Source: Candidatus Krumholzibacteriota bacterium (GTDB taxonomy: Bacteria > Krumholzibacteriota > Krumholzibacteriia > JAJRXK01). Taken from it: a stretch of DNA of 64,000 nt. The DNA lies in contig CAWDWO010000037.1 of the NCBI GenBank assembly GCA_963806035.1, forward strand, positions 27,323-91,322, in the 5' to 3' direction. Position 1 is the stretch's first letter. The number at the start of each line of letters is the position of its first letter. The position numbers and the translations under genes were made by a program. The notes under the pieces are model-generated. The model made no database searches. It was given only the letters and a program-made list of their open reading frames with translations, and was not told where the DNA came from. This document shows, piece after piece, positions 63,763 through 64,000 of the stretch.

Positions 63763-63792
63763 AGACCCGCTTCCAGATGGAGGCGGGTTTTG
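63763..63792 (+). terminator. Intrinsic terminator after acr3
   Basis: ACCCGCTTCC-AGAT-GGAGGCGGGT followed by a T run. Confidence 0.8.
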
Positions 63793-63861
63793 TGGTGCTC
63801 AGAACATCAGCTCTCCCTGGAGCCTGGTCCTGACCCCCTCAAGCCAGAGTGGAGTGTCTCA

Positions 63862-64000
63862 TTGACCGACGAGACCGCGGGAGCCCGAATCCGCAAAGCG
63901 TTGAATCTCCTGAAACAATTACTCGATCCGCCGCATGCCGAAGGGGACGATCGTCAGTGGGTCGGGAGGGTGAAAGAGGGTCTCGAGGCGCTCGAGTTCG
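63862..64000 (+). CDS. Partial ORF of unknown function running off the window end
   Basis: GGAG RBS, TTG start and an open frame TDETAGARIRKALNLLKQLL... Confidence 0.4.
   Translation, partial: MTDETAGARIRKALNLLKQLLDPPHAEGDDRQWVGRVKEGLEALEF

Overview
This is a GC-rich bacterial chromosomal window. Secreted proteins ending in a 'YPNPFNP...GVYY.RL...LLK' FlgD-Ig/T9SS-like C-terminal domain, PD40- and TPR-type Ser/Thr kinases and many lipoproteins suggest an FCB-group candidate phylum such as Krumholzibacteriota, Eisenbacteria or Latescibacterota (inference). About a dozen conserved genes are broken by single-base frameshifts, most likely long-read assembly errors. Recognisable content: a norR-ric-qNor NO-detoxification locus with a sigma54 promoter; a DinB-family gene; three Ser/Thr kinases plus a kinase fragment; a beta-helix/cohesin/dockerin secreted protein; a 19-heme cytochrome c fused to a cytochrome b; msrBA and a TlpA-like protein; a TetR-TolC-HlyD-ABC efflux operon; a TonB-dependent receptor; a sugar ABC transporter; an FG-GAP/ASPIC protein; carAB; lpxR; a secreted endonuclease I; tandem paralogous lipoproteins; a GH92/transglutaminase-like operon; and arsR-acr3. 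No rRNA, tRNA, CRISPR-cas, integrase or transposase was seen. The best candidates for undescribed biology are: (i) the 61.4-62.15 kb intergenic region, with a minus-strand promoter, stacked hairpins, a 35-bp palindromic tandem array and a 9-bp GC repeat; (ii) an identical post-lipobox peptide ACSDSNSPTE, encoded by different codons, in unrelated lipoproteins; (iii) the internally duplicated 19-heme CbcL-like protein; (iv) the cohesin-dockerin-cohesin secreted protein; and (v) the coupled GH92 plus transglutaminase-fold operon. All remain hypotheses.
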